Assembly: GCF_036365525.1 (NCBI RefSeq)
Contig: NC_090382.1
Location: 111,448,372 to 111,512,371, forward strand
Length of the DNA stretch: 64,000 nt
Direction: 5' to 3'
DNA from: Heterodontus francisci
Lineage: Eukaryota
Below are positions 50,330-63,616 of this stretch, one piece after another (positions within the stretch are counted from its first letter, which is position 1; the number at the start of each line of letters is the position of its first letter). The notes beneath the pieces were generated by a model. It searched no databases, was not told where the DNA came from, and saw nothing but the letters and a program-made list of their open reading frames with translations. Both the position numbers and the translations under genes were made by a program.

Positions 50330-52595
50330 CATGAAATTAAAAAGGAAATTCGGAAAGTGAAAAAAGGGTATGAAAATATTAACAAGTAAAATCAAGAAAA
50401 ACCCAAAGATGTTTTACAAAAATAAAGATCAAGAGGACAACTAAGGAAAGAATTGGGCCTATAAAAGACCAAAAGGGTAACTTATGTGTGGAGGCAGAAG
50501 ATGTGACCATGGTTCATAATGATACTTTGCATCTGTCTTCACAAAATGAGGGACAATGCAAATATTGTAGTTAAGGAGGAAAAGTATGAAATATTGGATG
50601 GATTAAACAGAGGGAGAGGGGAAAGATTAAGGGGTTTAGCATCTTTGAAAGTGGATAAATTGGCGGGCCTGGATGAACTGCATCCCAGGCTGCTAAAAGA
50701 AGCAATGGAGGAAATAGTGGAGACTCCATCATCATTTTCCAATCATCTCTGACTGCAGGCATAGTGCCAGAGAACTGGAGGACTGCTAACATGGTACCAT
50801 TGTTTAAAAAGGAGAAAGAGATAGATTGAGTAATTACAGACCAGTCAGCCTAATATTTGTCATGGGCAAATTATTGGAAAAAGTTTTGAGATGCATTATT
50901 AATCTTCGTTTGGAAAGGCCCTGATTAATCAAGGACAATCAGCATGGATTTGTTCAGGGAAGGTTGTGTCTAACTTAATTGACTTTTTTGAGGAGGTAAC
51001 AAGGAGGGTCGATAGGGATAGGATGTTAGATGTAATTTACATGGATTTTAGCAAGGCTTTTGACAAGGTCCCACACAGCAGATTAGCCAGAAAGACCCAA
51101 GGGAAAGTGGCATGTTGGTTGAAGTGTATGCCCACTGATCCCTGAAGGTAGCAGTACAGATGGATAATGTGGTTAAAAAGGCATGCCAGATACTTTCCAT
51201 CATTGGCTGAAGCATAAAATGTAAGAGCAGGGAGGTTATGCTAGAACTGTATAAAATACTCGTTAGGTCACAGCTAGAGTACTGCATCAAATTCTGGTCA
51301 CCACATGACAGGAAAGATGTGAATGTGAATGTAGATTTATGAGGATGTTGATAGGAATGGAAAATTTTAGCTATGCAGTGTGGTTGGATAGGCTGGTGTT
51401 GTTTTCTTTAGAACAAAGGAGACTGAAGGCAGATTTAATTGAGGTGTATAAAATTGTGTGTCCTAGACAGCGTGAATAGAAGGACCTATTTCCCTTCTTC
51501 GTAGGCAGTCCCTCGGGACTGAGGATGACTTGTTTCCACTCCAGTTCAGTGACTTTTAACATGGCTAACAAGTCTGATGCATGATCAGCAGATTCTAACA
51601 CATGTGGGGCAGATGGTATTTGAAGAGTTGGATAGACAAGTTACTTGGTGGGGGGGAGGGGGGGTTGCTGTGCACTCCTTCCACTGCCTGGACTTGGCTT
51701 CCACACATTCCTGTCGAAATTTCATGTGGTGTTCATTACCTTCCCAAATGCATCTTCTCCACTTTGAGTGGGCAAGGTTCAGGGACTCCCATGAGTCAGT
51801 GGGTTTGTTGGATTTCTTCAGGGATACCTTGAGAATATCCTAGTGCATCTCCACTGTCCTCCTGGGAGTCATTCGCCATGGTGAAGCTCGGGATAGAGCA
51901 GTTGCTTCGGGAACCTGATGTCAGACATGCAAGTGATGTGGCCCACCCAGCAAAGCTGGTTTTGGGTGATCAGCATCTCCGTGCTGGGAATGTTGGCTTA
52001 GGAGAGGATGGTGACATTAGATTGCCTATCCTGCCAAAGAATGAGAAGGATTTTGTGGAGACAATGTTGGTGGTATTTCTTCAGTGCCTTGAGGTGCCTG
52101 CTATAGATTGTCCAAGTCACCAAAGCATGTAGGAGCGCAGGCATCACAACTACCATGGTATACCATGACCTTCGTCCTGAGTTTGAGGTGTTGATCCTTG
52201 AGTATTCTCTTCCTCATTCAGGCAAAGCCAGTGGTGAATTTGATCATCTATGTCTGCCTTCACTGAGAGGAGACTCCCGAGATATGGAAAATGGTCCATG
52301 TTTGAGAGGGCAATAACAGGGGGCATATATTTACAGCAATTGATAGAAGCATTAGAGGGGAGTTGAGAGAAACAGTTTTGGTGGGGTATTGGAACTCACT
52401 GCCTGAAAGGGTGGTAGAGGCAGAAAACCTCGTCACATTTTAAAAAGTACTTGATATGCACTCGAAGTTTTGTAACCTACGAGGCTATGGACAAAGAGTT
52501 AGAAAGTGAAATTAGGCTGGATAGCTCTTTTTCAGCCAACACTGACTCGATGGACCAAATGGCCTCCTTCTGTGCCTTACATTTCTATGATTTTA
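50330..52595 (+). mobile_element. Degenerate CR1 LINE interrupted by a minus-strand RTE-like fragment (~51495-52300)
   Basis: LHPRLLKEA, PENWRTANMVPLFKK, QHGF, YMDFSKAFDKVPH motifs; CR1 3' sequence resumes after 52300. Confidence 0.75.
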
Positions 52596-53804
52596 TGATA
52601 ATGCTTTCTAAATGGCCAAATAGGATTAAGTATCACTATCAATAGTTCTGTAGTTCTGTAACATAAGAAAACGTTAAGCAACTGATAGGTGTTATATTAT
52701 CAACATATTGTGTGTTTTTTAACTGATGCAAACTCAAGCAATTGTATCAGTTTTGAATGTTCGTTTGTCCGTATCTGTCCCTTTTTTGTTGTGACCTTAC
52801 AGTCAGATAAGGATCGTCTTAAAATGACACTTGGTTTGGGTTATTGTGCTCAACCTGACAACTTTTCTTCTCTGCCAGCATTTTAAAAGCTTGGCTGCCC
52901 TGTTGATGCATTCTGCCTGACAAGTTTTCTTTTACGTAGCTGCAGTCAACATCAACTTTAGCAGTGCATTGTTTGATAAATGTACTGATAGAAAAATCCT
53001 AGACCTGTACGTTGGGAAACATTTATTTTGATTAAATAAAGTAGCACCATCTTGAATACAGCGGAAATAAAATTAAAACTGTGGTCCTTGCTCTGGAGAA
53101 CGAAATTAACTTTCCAGTAAATATTGTCTTTAACTTCTTGTCCTTGTTTTTGACTGTATCTGGAATATTAAACAGTGTAGGCTAACTGCACATTCCGCTT
53201 TGCTTTTATTTGCCAGAGATTTTCGACAACGGTGTCAACGCAGCAGCGAAGTGGTTTCCCAGTAATATTTTGATATTCCTGAACTGTTGTAGACAAACTG
53301 TTGTCCGGGCTAGGAGCAATTGACTATACTTTAAAGTACTGGCTTTAAACATATACAATGTTCGTGAACAAAGTAAGGATATCTAATACCGCAAAATGCT
53401 AGGCGATTATGATTTCTGCTGGACAAAATGGGTGCTTTCAATTACATTTTAAAAGCCGAGAAGTCAGCAAGATACTGTAAATAGTTAAACTTCAAGTTCA
53501 GTTAGCTTAACTAATTAATGAAAAGGAAACTGGCAGTAAGAGTTCTGGACTCACAATAACGTTTCTGGGAGTTTTATCTTCGCCATTGCTTTTCAGGAAC
53601 TGACGAACACAGTAGCGGGAATGATTTCCACTGCACAGACGAAATTAAATCTGACTGTTAAAATTTTAAAAGAAATAGAAATACAGTAGAAACGCTGTGC
53701 AGATTCCGTGTAACGTAGGCATATATAAACCTTTTACTTTTACCGAAACTGCATGCCAAATGACAACTTCCTTCTGCACTGTTGACGCAGTAGACGACTG
53801 TGCC

Positions 53805-53851
53805 GTGCAATTATTGGTGGAGACTCTTTGTGTCGCTGTGTACCAATGAGG
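53805..53851 (+). promoter_or_regulatory. CSE of variable exon D promoter
   Basis: GTGCAATTATTGG-TGGAGACTCTT-TGTGTCGCTGTGTACCAATGAGG, ~260 bp upstream of ATG 54093. Confidence 0.9.
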
Positions 53852-54092
53852 TACTCAAAATACTGCCAGAGATCCATCACTCCTCCCCCTTACACCACGT
53901 ACAACGAAGAAACAGTGTTTACATTCACATCCAACAGCCATCTTTCCCATACAATCTTTCTCAACTGTTAGGAACGGATACCGAGTATTCATCGCGATAT
54001 TTTGGATCTTACACTGCATACAGGTGGTTGCCGCAATTTCTTGGTTTGGATTCCTACAGCACTCCGAATGCGAGGACTAATTCAGTCAGAGA

Positions 54093-56537
54093 ATGCTAGC
54101 GTGGTCTTTTATTTTACTGCTTTGTATCTGGAAAAATGTCTCTGGACAGATCCGCTATTCAATTCCTGAAGAGCTGGAGCACGGAGCCTTTGTTGGGAAT
54201 GTCGCCAGGGATTTAGGCTTAGACGTGAACGAGTTAGCTAATCGCAAGCTTCGGTTAATGTCTGAGACCAATGAGCGGTATTTTAAGGTAAACTTAGATA
54301 ACGGAGAGTTGCGTGTGAATGTTAAGATAGACAGAGAGAAACTCTGTGGACAAAACGCTAAATGTGTTCTTACTAATGACATTATAATAGAAACTCCTGT
54401 GGAACTCTACAGCGCTGAAGTCGAGATATTGGATATAAATGATAATTCACCCAGTTTTTCGAATGATGAGCTCCGTTTGGAGATCGTGGAATCAGTTCCG
54501 CTGGGAACACGCTTCCTGCTCCCTAGCGCGCACGATCCGGACGTGGGCACCAATTCCATCAGCACTTACCATTTGAACGCAAATCAACTCTTCGCTTTAG
54601 AAGTGAAGAACAGCAGCGACGGCAGTATAACTGCTGTCTTAGTGCTGACGAAGGCTTTGGACAGGGAAGCGCTGGCGACTCATCGATTACTTCTGACAGC
54701 TATTGACGGCGGAATCCCGGTGAGATCTGGCACTTCCCAGATCATCATTACTGTTCTCGATGTCGACGACAACTGGCCGGTATTCGACCAGGCAGTGTAC
54801 AAGGTGAAGCTACCGGAAAACGTGCCAATAGGTACTTTGGTTATCAAACTCAACGCCACTGATTTGGACGAAGGTTCAAATGGGGACATAAGCTATTCCT
54901 TCAGCAGCAGTACCCCGGCTAGAGTACGTGACCTCTTCAGCCTCGGGTCCAAAGTGGGAGAAATGAGAGTCAAAGGGGTACTCGACTTTGAGGAGAACAA
55001 TCTTTATGAGATTAACATTGAAGCAAAGGACAGTATTCACTTTGCAGTTTGCAAAGTTATAGTGGAGATAATTGACGTGAATGATAATGCACCCGAGGTA
55101 ACATTAATGTCAGTATCTACCCCGGTCCGAGAGGATGCCCAGCCTGGGACTGTAGTCGCTTTGATGCGTGTAACGGATCGAGACTCCGGAGTAAACGGAC
55201 AGTCTCAGTGTCAGATTCCACGTGACCTACCATTTAATCTCAAAACATCTTTAAAGAACACATATACACTGACCACCAGTCATACTCTGGACCGAGAGAT
55301 GGCTTCTCAATATACGGTTAACATAGTCTGCACTGATACAGGATCTCCTCCTCTCCCCACCAACAAAACCATTGTGGTTCAGATTTCAGATATTAATGAC
55401 AATGCACCACGTTTTTCACAGCTTTCCTATACAGTTTATGTCCCCGAGAACAACCCTGCTGGTTCTTCTATAGGTTCTGTCTCCGCTTTGGACCCGGATC
55501 AGAACCTGAATTCACATGTCGTTTATTCAATTCTGAACAGCCCAATTCATAACATGCCTGCATCAGCCTACGTTTCAATTAACTCAGGCACCGGGGTCAT
55601 CTATTCCCAACGATCGTTTGACTACGAGCAACTCAAAAACTTTAAGGTCCATGTTCAAGCGCGGGATGCTGGATTCCCTACGCTTGACAGCAACGTGACT
55701 GTGAACGTCATTGTTTTAGATCAGAACGATAACACCCCTCAAATCATTTCGCCATTGACCAAGAACAATTCTGGAATAAATTTGCCTCGTTCTGCGGACC
55801 CGGGCTCCCTCGTGACCAAAGTGATGGCTGTGGATGCAGATTCCGGCCAGAATTCTCGTTTGTCTTACCAGTTGCTCCAAGCCACTGATTCTGGCCTGTT
55901 CACCGTAGCACACAGTTCCGGAGAAATCAGGACCATTCGTCGTTTCGTGGAAAAGGACGACCCCATTCAGAAACTCGTTGTTCTGGTGAAAGACAATGGC
56001 CACCCATCCCTTTCCTCCACGGTTACCATCAGCTTATTAATAACAGACAGTGGCTCAGAAACTCTGTCAGACCAAATTCCGCAACCCCCGGACATTCGCC
56101 CTACTTCTAATTTAGCTTTCTATTTAATAATCACTTTGGCTTCAACCTCCTCTATTCTTCTTGTGGTTCTAATCGTCCTCATTGTGACCATGTGTCATTC
56201 TGATAGAAGTAGATCTCGTTGTTGCGAATCTTCCCCCTCATGCTGCAATTTAAAACCGTGGGATACGAACGACACTTTTCCAAGTTCCCATCTATATCTT
56301 CAAACTGTACCCGATTATAAAGGAAGCCCCCACTTCGTTGAGTTAGTTGGGAATGGGTCGCTCTCTCGAACATACTCGTATAAAGTTCGTCCAAATCAAT
56401 TATCAAGTAAGGGGGATTTCGTCTTTTTAACGCCATACAATACAGCAACATTGCAAAATGACGCGGCAAATACTGACACACTTCTGGCAGAATGGAGAGG
56501 GGAGTTAACAAATAATTGGAAAAATCCACATTCTGAG
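54093..56537 (+). CDS. Clustered protocadherin variable exon D (last variable exon before the constant region)
   Basis: Signal peptide, six cadherin repeats, TM; phase-0 donor GAG|GTGAGT (GT at 56538). Confidence 0.97.
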
Positions 56538-58299
56538 GTGAGTTGCACCGACGATAATTGTTCTAACTAATGTTGGGGAAGCAATGAGCACTTGACCGCT
56601 TTATATATTTCTAGTTTCCTGTACTATTTGATTTCATAAGATCACCTGAGGTATATTCACACTATGATAAGCAGAAACAAGTATGTACCAATGCTGATCT
56701 TGGAGTGTAAATTGAATACCAATGTCCTTCTTATTTCCAAATGAAAGAGTGTCTTTCATGCAGCTTCCTTCTAGTCCCAGGTTGATACTTGATGCCACGT
56801 TCAGAATGCATTAAAAGGTAACTGCAGCATTGGTGTCAAGACAAGCTACTTTGCAACAAAACTATGTTTTGGAGTTTGAATGCACCGTGGAACCTGCTTA
56901 GGCCCAGCTGACCAACATTTCAATTATATTGCTACTTTTATGTAGCTACAATGTATAAAGTGAAAAAGTGACTATCTGTCAATGGAGTGATTAGAAAACA
57001 TAAAACTTTACTAGATGTGGCTACTGAGATGAAGACCACACCATCTAATTAGTGAATTTCATGTGTATTTGAAGAACAGTATAAATGGGTACAGAGAAAA
57101 AGCAAGGAAATATGGGTCTCATAGATAGTTGCAGTTGAAAGGTTAGGTGTGATGGACCCAATGGCCTCTTCTTTGCTGTAATTTTTATGATTCCTACATG
57201 GAGAGCTGGCATGGACTCAATGGGCTGAATGGCCACTTTCTGTGCTATAAATGACTCAATGACTCTAAATGGGATCTTGATCCAACATCGAGTTGAGAGG
57301 TATGAGACCCCCTGAAGAAAATTATGCTTTAGCACTTCGCTTTGACATTGCGTTGAATAAAACTCCAGTGCAGTGCCAAATCTAGTTTTTTTTTTAAATC
57401 TCTTGAGCTCCTGGGTGCTTCACAAAACTACACAGAGCTTTAAATTTATTCTGCATGCAGACATTACACTCACACTGTCAAACCACATCTTGTTCATCTT
57501 ATTACCATCTGTGCAGAGATTTCTCTTCTAGTCTTGAAAATTCAATTTGGAGCTAGGCAGTAAAAATGAGTTACTGCAGTGCTACAATCAATATCATAGC
57601 TTCAGGTCTCAGAATCTGTTTTAACTTTGGAACTAACATAAATGCAGTCTTATAGATCCGTCTTTTCACTCCCTGTGGTTATGAAATCATAGGGTGATTT
57701 TCAACTCCTGCCTGCTTATTCATCACCTGATAAATGGATAGCCGGCAGAGGAAAAGCAAAGGGTTCTGTTATCCCTTCTATGCTCAAGGCCTGCCTGATA
57801 CAATTTTCAAGTGGGCTTATAAATGGTTGAAGAGCATTCTCATCTGTTTCAGGCAGGAAGCTATTTAAATATGAAAATTAAGGTTCTATGCCATTGTGGG
57901 ACCCAGATTGCCACATTAATGTACACGTCAATAGGAATGCTCCGTCCATTTGTACCAGACAGTGACTGGCCTCAGCAATGGCCCTCAAAGTGGCCACTGG
58001 TAGCCTCTTTTTTTTTTCTGGGCAAATAAGGAACAAGGGTGCTCCTTCTAGCTTCAGATAAAGAAAATGGCTCATGTCTGGCCTATGCTAACTCCCTCCC
58101 ACCTCATGCACTCTCCGAAAACCCGTCCTGTCCTAGTGGCTGGCTCAGCATAGCAGCCAGCTGATATCTCAGCTCTGACAACCAGGAAGCTGTAGTGGAG
58201 TGCCCATTTTGTGGCCACAGCTCACAGGCTGCATTCAAAAGTAACCTGAAACTAGAAAATGTTCAGGCTTTACAACATCAGCTTCAGACAGGTGACACA

Positions 58300-59440
58300 C
58301 CTGCTTCACAGATGTCAGACTTGGTTTGGATGCAGTTAGACAAACTCCTACCCCTTATCAGAAAGCTTGTTAAAAAGATGGAAGAGCATGGAATTAAGGG
58401 GAACCTGACAGCATGGATACTGAGCATAGAGACAGGAAGCATAGAGTGGTGGTAGATGGACATTTTTCAGGCTGGAAGATGGATTGCAGTGGTGTTCTCC
58501 AAAGGTCAGCTTTGGATCTATTACATGTTTTAAATGCAAATGATGCAAAACTTGACAATGTAATAGGTGGTGATGAGGATAGTTGTAGACTTCAGATGAT
58601 GTAGACTGAATGGTTAAATGGGAAGAAGCATTGTAGATGGAGATCAATGCAGAGAAGTGTGAAGTGCTGCATTTTGGGAGGACTAATATGGAAAGATAGT
58701 ATACTATAAATTGTACGATTTTGATAAGTGTGGATAAGCAGAGAGATACCTTAGTGTCCATATACACAAAGCTTAACAGTGGCAGGGCAAATTGATAAGG
58801 TAGTGAAAAAACCATATGGATAGCTTGGGTTTATAAATAGAGGCATAGTGTATAAAAACAGAGATTATGTTAGAACTTTGTGAATCACTGGTTATGCCTC
58901 AGCTAGAACATTGTGGACAATTCTAGGTACCACACTTCAGGAAAGATGTAAAGGCCTTAGAAAGGGTACAGAGAAGGTGTTACCAGGAATGAAGGACTTC
59001 AGTTATGAGAAGTTGAAAAAGTTGGACTGTTTTCCTTGGAACAGAGAAGGTTAAGAGGTGACTAAATAGAGGTTTTCAAGATTATGAGAGGTTTTGATAG
59101 ATTAGATAGAGAAAAAACAATGCCTCTTGTGAGTGGGTCAATAACCAATGATCAATAGATTTAAAATCGTTGGTGAGAGGGGAGAAGAGGGGAAGTGTTT
59201 TCACTCAGAGAGATCTGAGTGAGATCTGGAACACTGTACCTGAAAAGTTGGTAGAAGCTGATTCCAGTAATAATTTTAAAAGTGAGTTGGACAGGTACTT
59301 GAGGATGAAGTACTTACAGAGCTACAAATAAGAAGTGAGGATGTGGGAAAAGCATGAATGTTCTGTCAAACAACCAGATCTGTCAAACAATAGACTGAAT
59401 GGCTTCTTCCTGTGCTGTATGTTTTTTAACATTCTATGAT
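58300..59440 (+). mobile_element. Degenerate CR1 LINE 3' portion
   Basis: HGIKGNLTAWI, KCEVLHFG and LFSLEQRRLRGD-like remnants; TTCTATG tail. Confidence 0.75.
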
Positions 59441-60019
59441 TATATTTCTCAGTTCTTTGCATGGGTTCATACAACCAGTACTAATACAGCAATGTAAACT
59501 TTCAGTATCATTTTACCATGAATAAAAAGCTTTTGATTAGTTTTGTTTAAGTGTTTAAGTGATCTAAAACTCTAGTTAAGACGAGTGAAAATTGTGGCAG
59601 ATGTGGTCATACTGTTCTATACTGAGATAATGAATTTTCTTTCCTTAAAAACTGTGTATGTTACAGCTGAGGTAAAGAAAGTTAGTGATAGGGAATGGAG
59701 TAGCTTTCCAGTTCTTCCAATGAGTATCATGAGCAAATTCTGATAGGTTACCTGCAGCAGAGGGCTGGTTGTAGAATAAAGCTCCTTTAACTGCTGAAAC
59801 AATATTGTTTAATCTTGGTCACAGATGAAACCCTCAGACTGAAGCAATGTGACATTTTCCAATTTCCTTTGCACCAGCCATCACTGTGACTTTGCTCCAA
59901 TTTCATTACTGTTGAATTATAGATTGTTTTCTGCTCTAAATTTACACCCACCATGAAGTAGGTTGTGTCATTCAAAACCTATTTGTTTCAGAGACTATTG
60001 AAACCAACAGTGATCGAAA

Positions 60020-60440
60020 GAAAGAGGAAAGAACTTGCATTAAAATAGCACATTAGGACACCCTCAGAATCTCCCAAAACTCGATATAACTAATGAATTA
60101 TTTTGGAAGTGCTGTCGCTGTTGTTATGTAGGCAAATGTAGTAGCCACATTGCACACATGTATAGTCCCACAAATAGCAAATGATTTCAACAACCAGTTA
60201 CTCAGTTATTGGTTAATGAAACAAATTTAACCAGTACAGCATGAGAATGCCCTACTCCTCTTCAAATAGCACAAAGGAATCTTTTGTGCCCACCAAATGA
60301 GAAGACAGCAGCTCCCAAAATGCAGCATCCCATCAGTTCTACACTGAAGTGTCAGTCTCGATTGTGTGGTCAAGTAGAGCTTAAACCCACAACCTCTAAC
60401 CTAAGGCAAGAATGCTACCAACTGGGCCAAACTGGCACTC
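60020..60440 (-). mobile_element. Deu/SacSINE1-like SINE (degenerate)
   Basis: Homologous to 34875-35270 and 61975-62440. Confidence 0.55.
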
Positions 60441-61439
60441 AGAGATTTGCATCATAGCAATTAAGCCTGTGCAAACTCAGTTCTATGGGCAGACCTACAC
60501 TGCAGTTTGAGACAGGCAACTATAATTTGGGTTCCAGGCCAGACAGAGCCCTTTTTACATTTCTTGGCTCCTTGAGGGCTGAAATATAACTGTCCTTCCC
60601 AGGAAATTGGCTGGATACACACATGTACACAGGTTTTCTCCCAACAGTTGAAAACTTAAATGCTTAGAGAATAAGCATAGGAAAATCCCTGCTCTCTGAA
60701 GCTTAAAAGGGAAGTAAGATAGGTTTTTTAAATGGTCAGTAGATCCAACAAACCTCCTGAGCTCCTTTAAAACAGGCTTTGCATCATACTGGATTTGCCC
60801 CCCATGCAGTGGCCAATCAAAGTGGCATAAGAAACCTCCTCCGGGGATTCCTATTCTGCTCCAAAGTCAGGTCAGACCCTGAACCTAGATTTACATTGTA
60901 AGCTCAGCATTTGCACTATGCTAAAATTCACTAGTCTCACAACACTGTTTACACCTTTTCATATTGTTTATGAGTCCTATTTCATATTTAAAACACATGT
61001 ATGTATTCAAATTTGTCACCTCGGTTGGAATCATGAACTTTAAATATACTTTTAAAAAAAAGGCTATTGTTGTTTTCTCTTTGAGTGTTTCTATTATTGT
61101 ATATATCAAGGTTTCAAGTACTCTGACCATCAGCTCTATGAATTGTGTAAAAATAGCAATTACACTCTGTATTGCTGAAAAACAGTTTCAGTTTCATAGT
61201 AATAAAAAACATGCAGCATAACTGCAGTCAAACCAGGCTGAATGGAAGTTTTGGCTTCTGATGTGAGACTGCCTCAAGCAAATAGTCTCATACTGTCACA
61301 GCTTGATGCTGTCTACAGTATAATGAAAACTGTTGGAAAGCGAACTAAACTTTAAAATTGAAGCTTGAAAGTTTCCCAGACAGTCTTGTGAAGTGCCCTT
61401 AACATTTTAATGTTATTAATTGGCTGAAAGGACAATCAT

Positions 61440-61910
61440 TTTTTATTCATTCATGGGATGTGGGCATCACTGGCTAGGGCAGCCTTTATTGGTCATCACT
61501 AATTGCCCTTGAGAAGGTGGTGGTGAGCCGCCTCTTGAACCATTGCAGCCCATGTGGGGTAGGTGCATCCACAGTGCTGTTAGTAAGGGAGTTCCAGGAC
61601 TTTGCCCCAGTAACAGTGAAGGAATGACGATATAGTTCCAAGTCAGGATGGTGTGCGGTTTGGAGGGAAACTTGCAGCTGGTGGTGTTCCCATGCAACTG
61701 CTGCTCTTATCCTTCTAAGTGGTAGAGGTCGTGGGTTTGGAAGGTGCTGTCTAAGGAGCTTTGGTACTTTGCCGCAGTGCATCTTGGCAGATGGTACACA
61801 CTGCTGCCACAGTGCGTCAGTGGTGGAGAGCATGAATGTATGTGCAGGGGTGCCAATCAAGTGAGCTGCTTTGTTCTGGATGGTGTTAAGCTTCTTGAGT
61901 GTTGTTGGAG
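61440..61910 (-). mobile_element. CR1-group LINE 3' end
   Basis: PTTLKKLNTIQNKAAHLIG...AKSWNSL; same family as 4510-6945. Confidence 0.8.
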
Positions 61911-61974
61911 ACAACAGTAGTGTTAAAAATTTCACCTGCATTCAGGTGCTTGCAAGTTGATTTACATACATGAA

Positions 61975-62440
61975 AGATAAAGAAAAAACTTGAATTTAGT
62001 TTGCACCTTTCACAACCTCACAACATCCCAAAGTGCTTTACAGCCAGTGAAATACTTTTGAAATCCTCCTCTCATGTTTTCATGTAGGAAGCAGGGCAGC
62101 CAATTTGCATACAACAAGCTCCCACAAACAGCAATGTGATAATGATCAGATAATCTGCTTCAGTGATGTTGAGGGATAATTATTGGCCAAGAGATCAAGG
62201 AGAAATCCTGTGCTCTTCTTTGAAAAACTGCCATGGGATCTTTTACATGCAACTCTAAGAGCAGATAAGGCCTTGGTTTAACAGCTCATCTGAAAGGCAG
62301 CACAGCCAACAGATGATCACTCCCTCAGTACAGCACCGGAGTATCAGTCTAGTTAGTGAAGTCAGGTTTCTGGAGTAGGACTTGAACCCACAAATTTGCA
62401 ATTCAGAGATTAGCATTGTACCACTGAGCCACAGCTGACA
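61975..62440 (-). mobile_element. Deu/SacSINE1-like SINE
   Basis: tRNA-like head at ~62380-62440 (minus strand), central domain and L2-type tail. Confidence 0.65.
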
Positions 62441-62448
62441 CACACGCT

Positions 62449-63218
62449 CAGCTGGATTTTATTTTCAGTGACGGCGAAAAAAATGGTGGCCTACACGTGT
62501 GGGCTACATACCACCATGCCGCTGCTATCTAGCATGCGGCAGCTCATTATAATATGCAGGGCGGCGCCCAGCCCTCCAATCTCATGGCGGGGGCGGACTT
62601 GGTGACGCCATCAATGGTGCACCTGTTTCTGCACAGGCGCTGGCACCATTTCTAAAGGGCTGCCAGGTCTATGTTGACAGATGACAGTTGACTCTCTTCC
62701 TCTCTCCATCAACTACACTAAAAATAAATGTTTGGCCTGTCCCCCAGCCCAAATACACTGAAATTGCAGAGTTGATCCCTTCTCCCTCCACCTGCACAAA
62801 GTGCATAGGTCACCCCTTCCCCCCACCTACACTAAAAATGCATCTTTAACCCCATCTCCCCTGCACCCCCACTACACTAAAAATGCCCTGATTCCCCCGT
62901 TCCCCACCTCAGTGGCACCAGCTTTCCCTGGATGGGAAAGTGAAGGCATGTGAGTGCCACCCATCACACTGAAGATCTAGAACCGAAGGCAAGAATGCCG
63001 GGAATTTGGTTTAAGTGTATGCATGGAGTTTATTGAAATACTTAACGTTGGGTCCTGTTGCCGAGGGGTGGCAAGGCCACCTTGGAACTTCGCCACCACC
63101 AGGAAGATCAGGCCCAGCAATCCCAGTGTCGGGCTCTGTGGCAGGTTGTTGCCGGTGCGATCTTCCAGCCCCCACCAGCCACGGAGATGAATGTCGGGTG
63201 CTGAACAAAATTTAGCCC
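62449..63218. mobile_element. Possible non-autonomous TIR element (GC-rich)
   Basis: Imperfect inverted termini GCTGGATTTT / AAAATTTAGC; internal repeats CTACACTAAAA; composition differs from the flanks. Confidence 0.35.
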
Positions 63219-63616
63219 ATTCTTGCATGCACAGCACTGTGCTTTGTCTGTTTGGAAAGCAGATTACAGGCATATGTAATACTCAAAGCAGCTACTTTTC
63301 TTAGATGGTACCTGCAGTATACTATATGTTCTGTGGTCTTTGTGTAGTTGTCTACAAGTAACTACTAAACTTGCTCAGTAAGTGGGGTTTATAATTCAAA
63401 GTTAGAATTCTGAACCTAGAAATCTCTCATTGAAGGTTCAATAGTCCAGCTCACATATCCTGTTCGAACAAATATACAGTCGGATTCATATGAATGTGCA
63501 CAGGTAAAGCTAAAGTTGTTACTTTTGTGTTCTTTATTCTGGCAATTTATTTTCTTTGACCAAACTTCCTTGAGCAGATTATTAATTGTCCATATATGTC
63601 CATATATAATTTACAG

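Noticed and set aside
60108-60125. GCTGTCGCTGTT resembling an orphan CSE
   Set aside because: It lies inside a Deu-type SINE copy, lacks the ATTGG/CCAAT flanks, and no cadherin exon follows.
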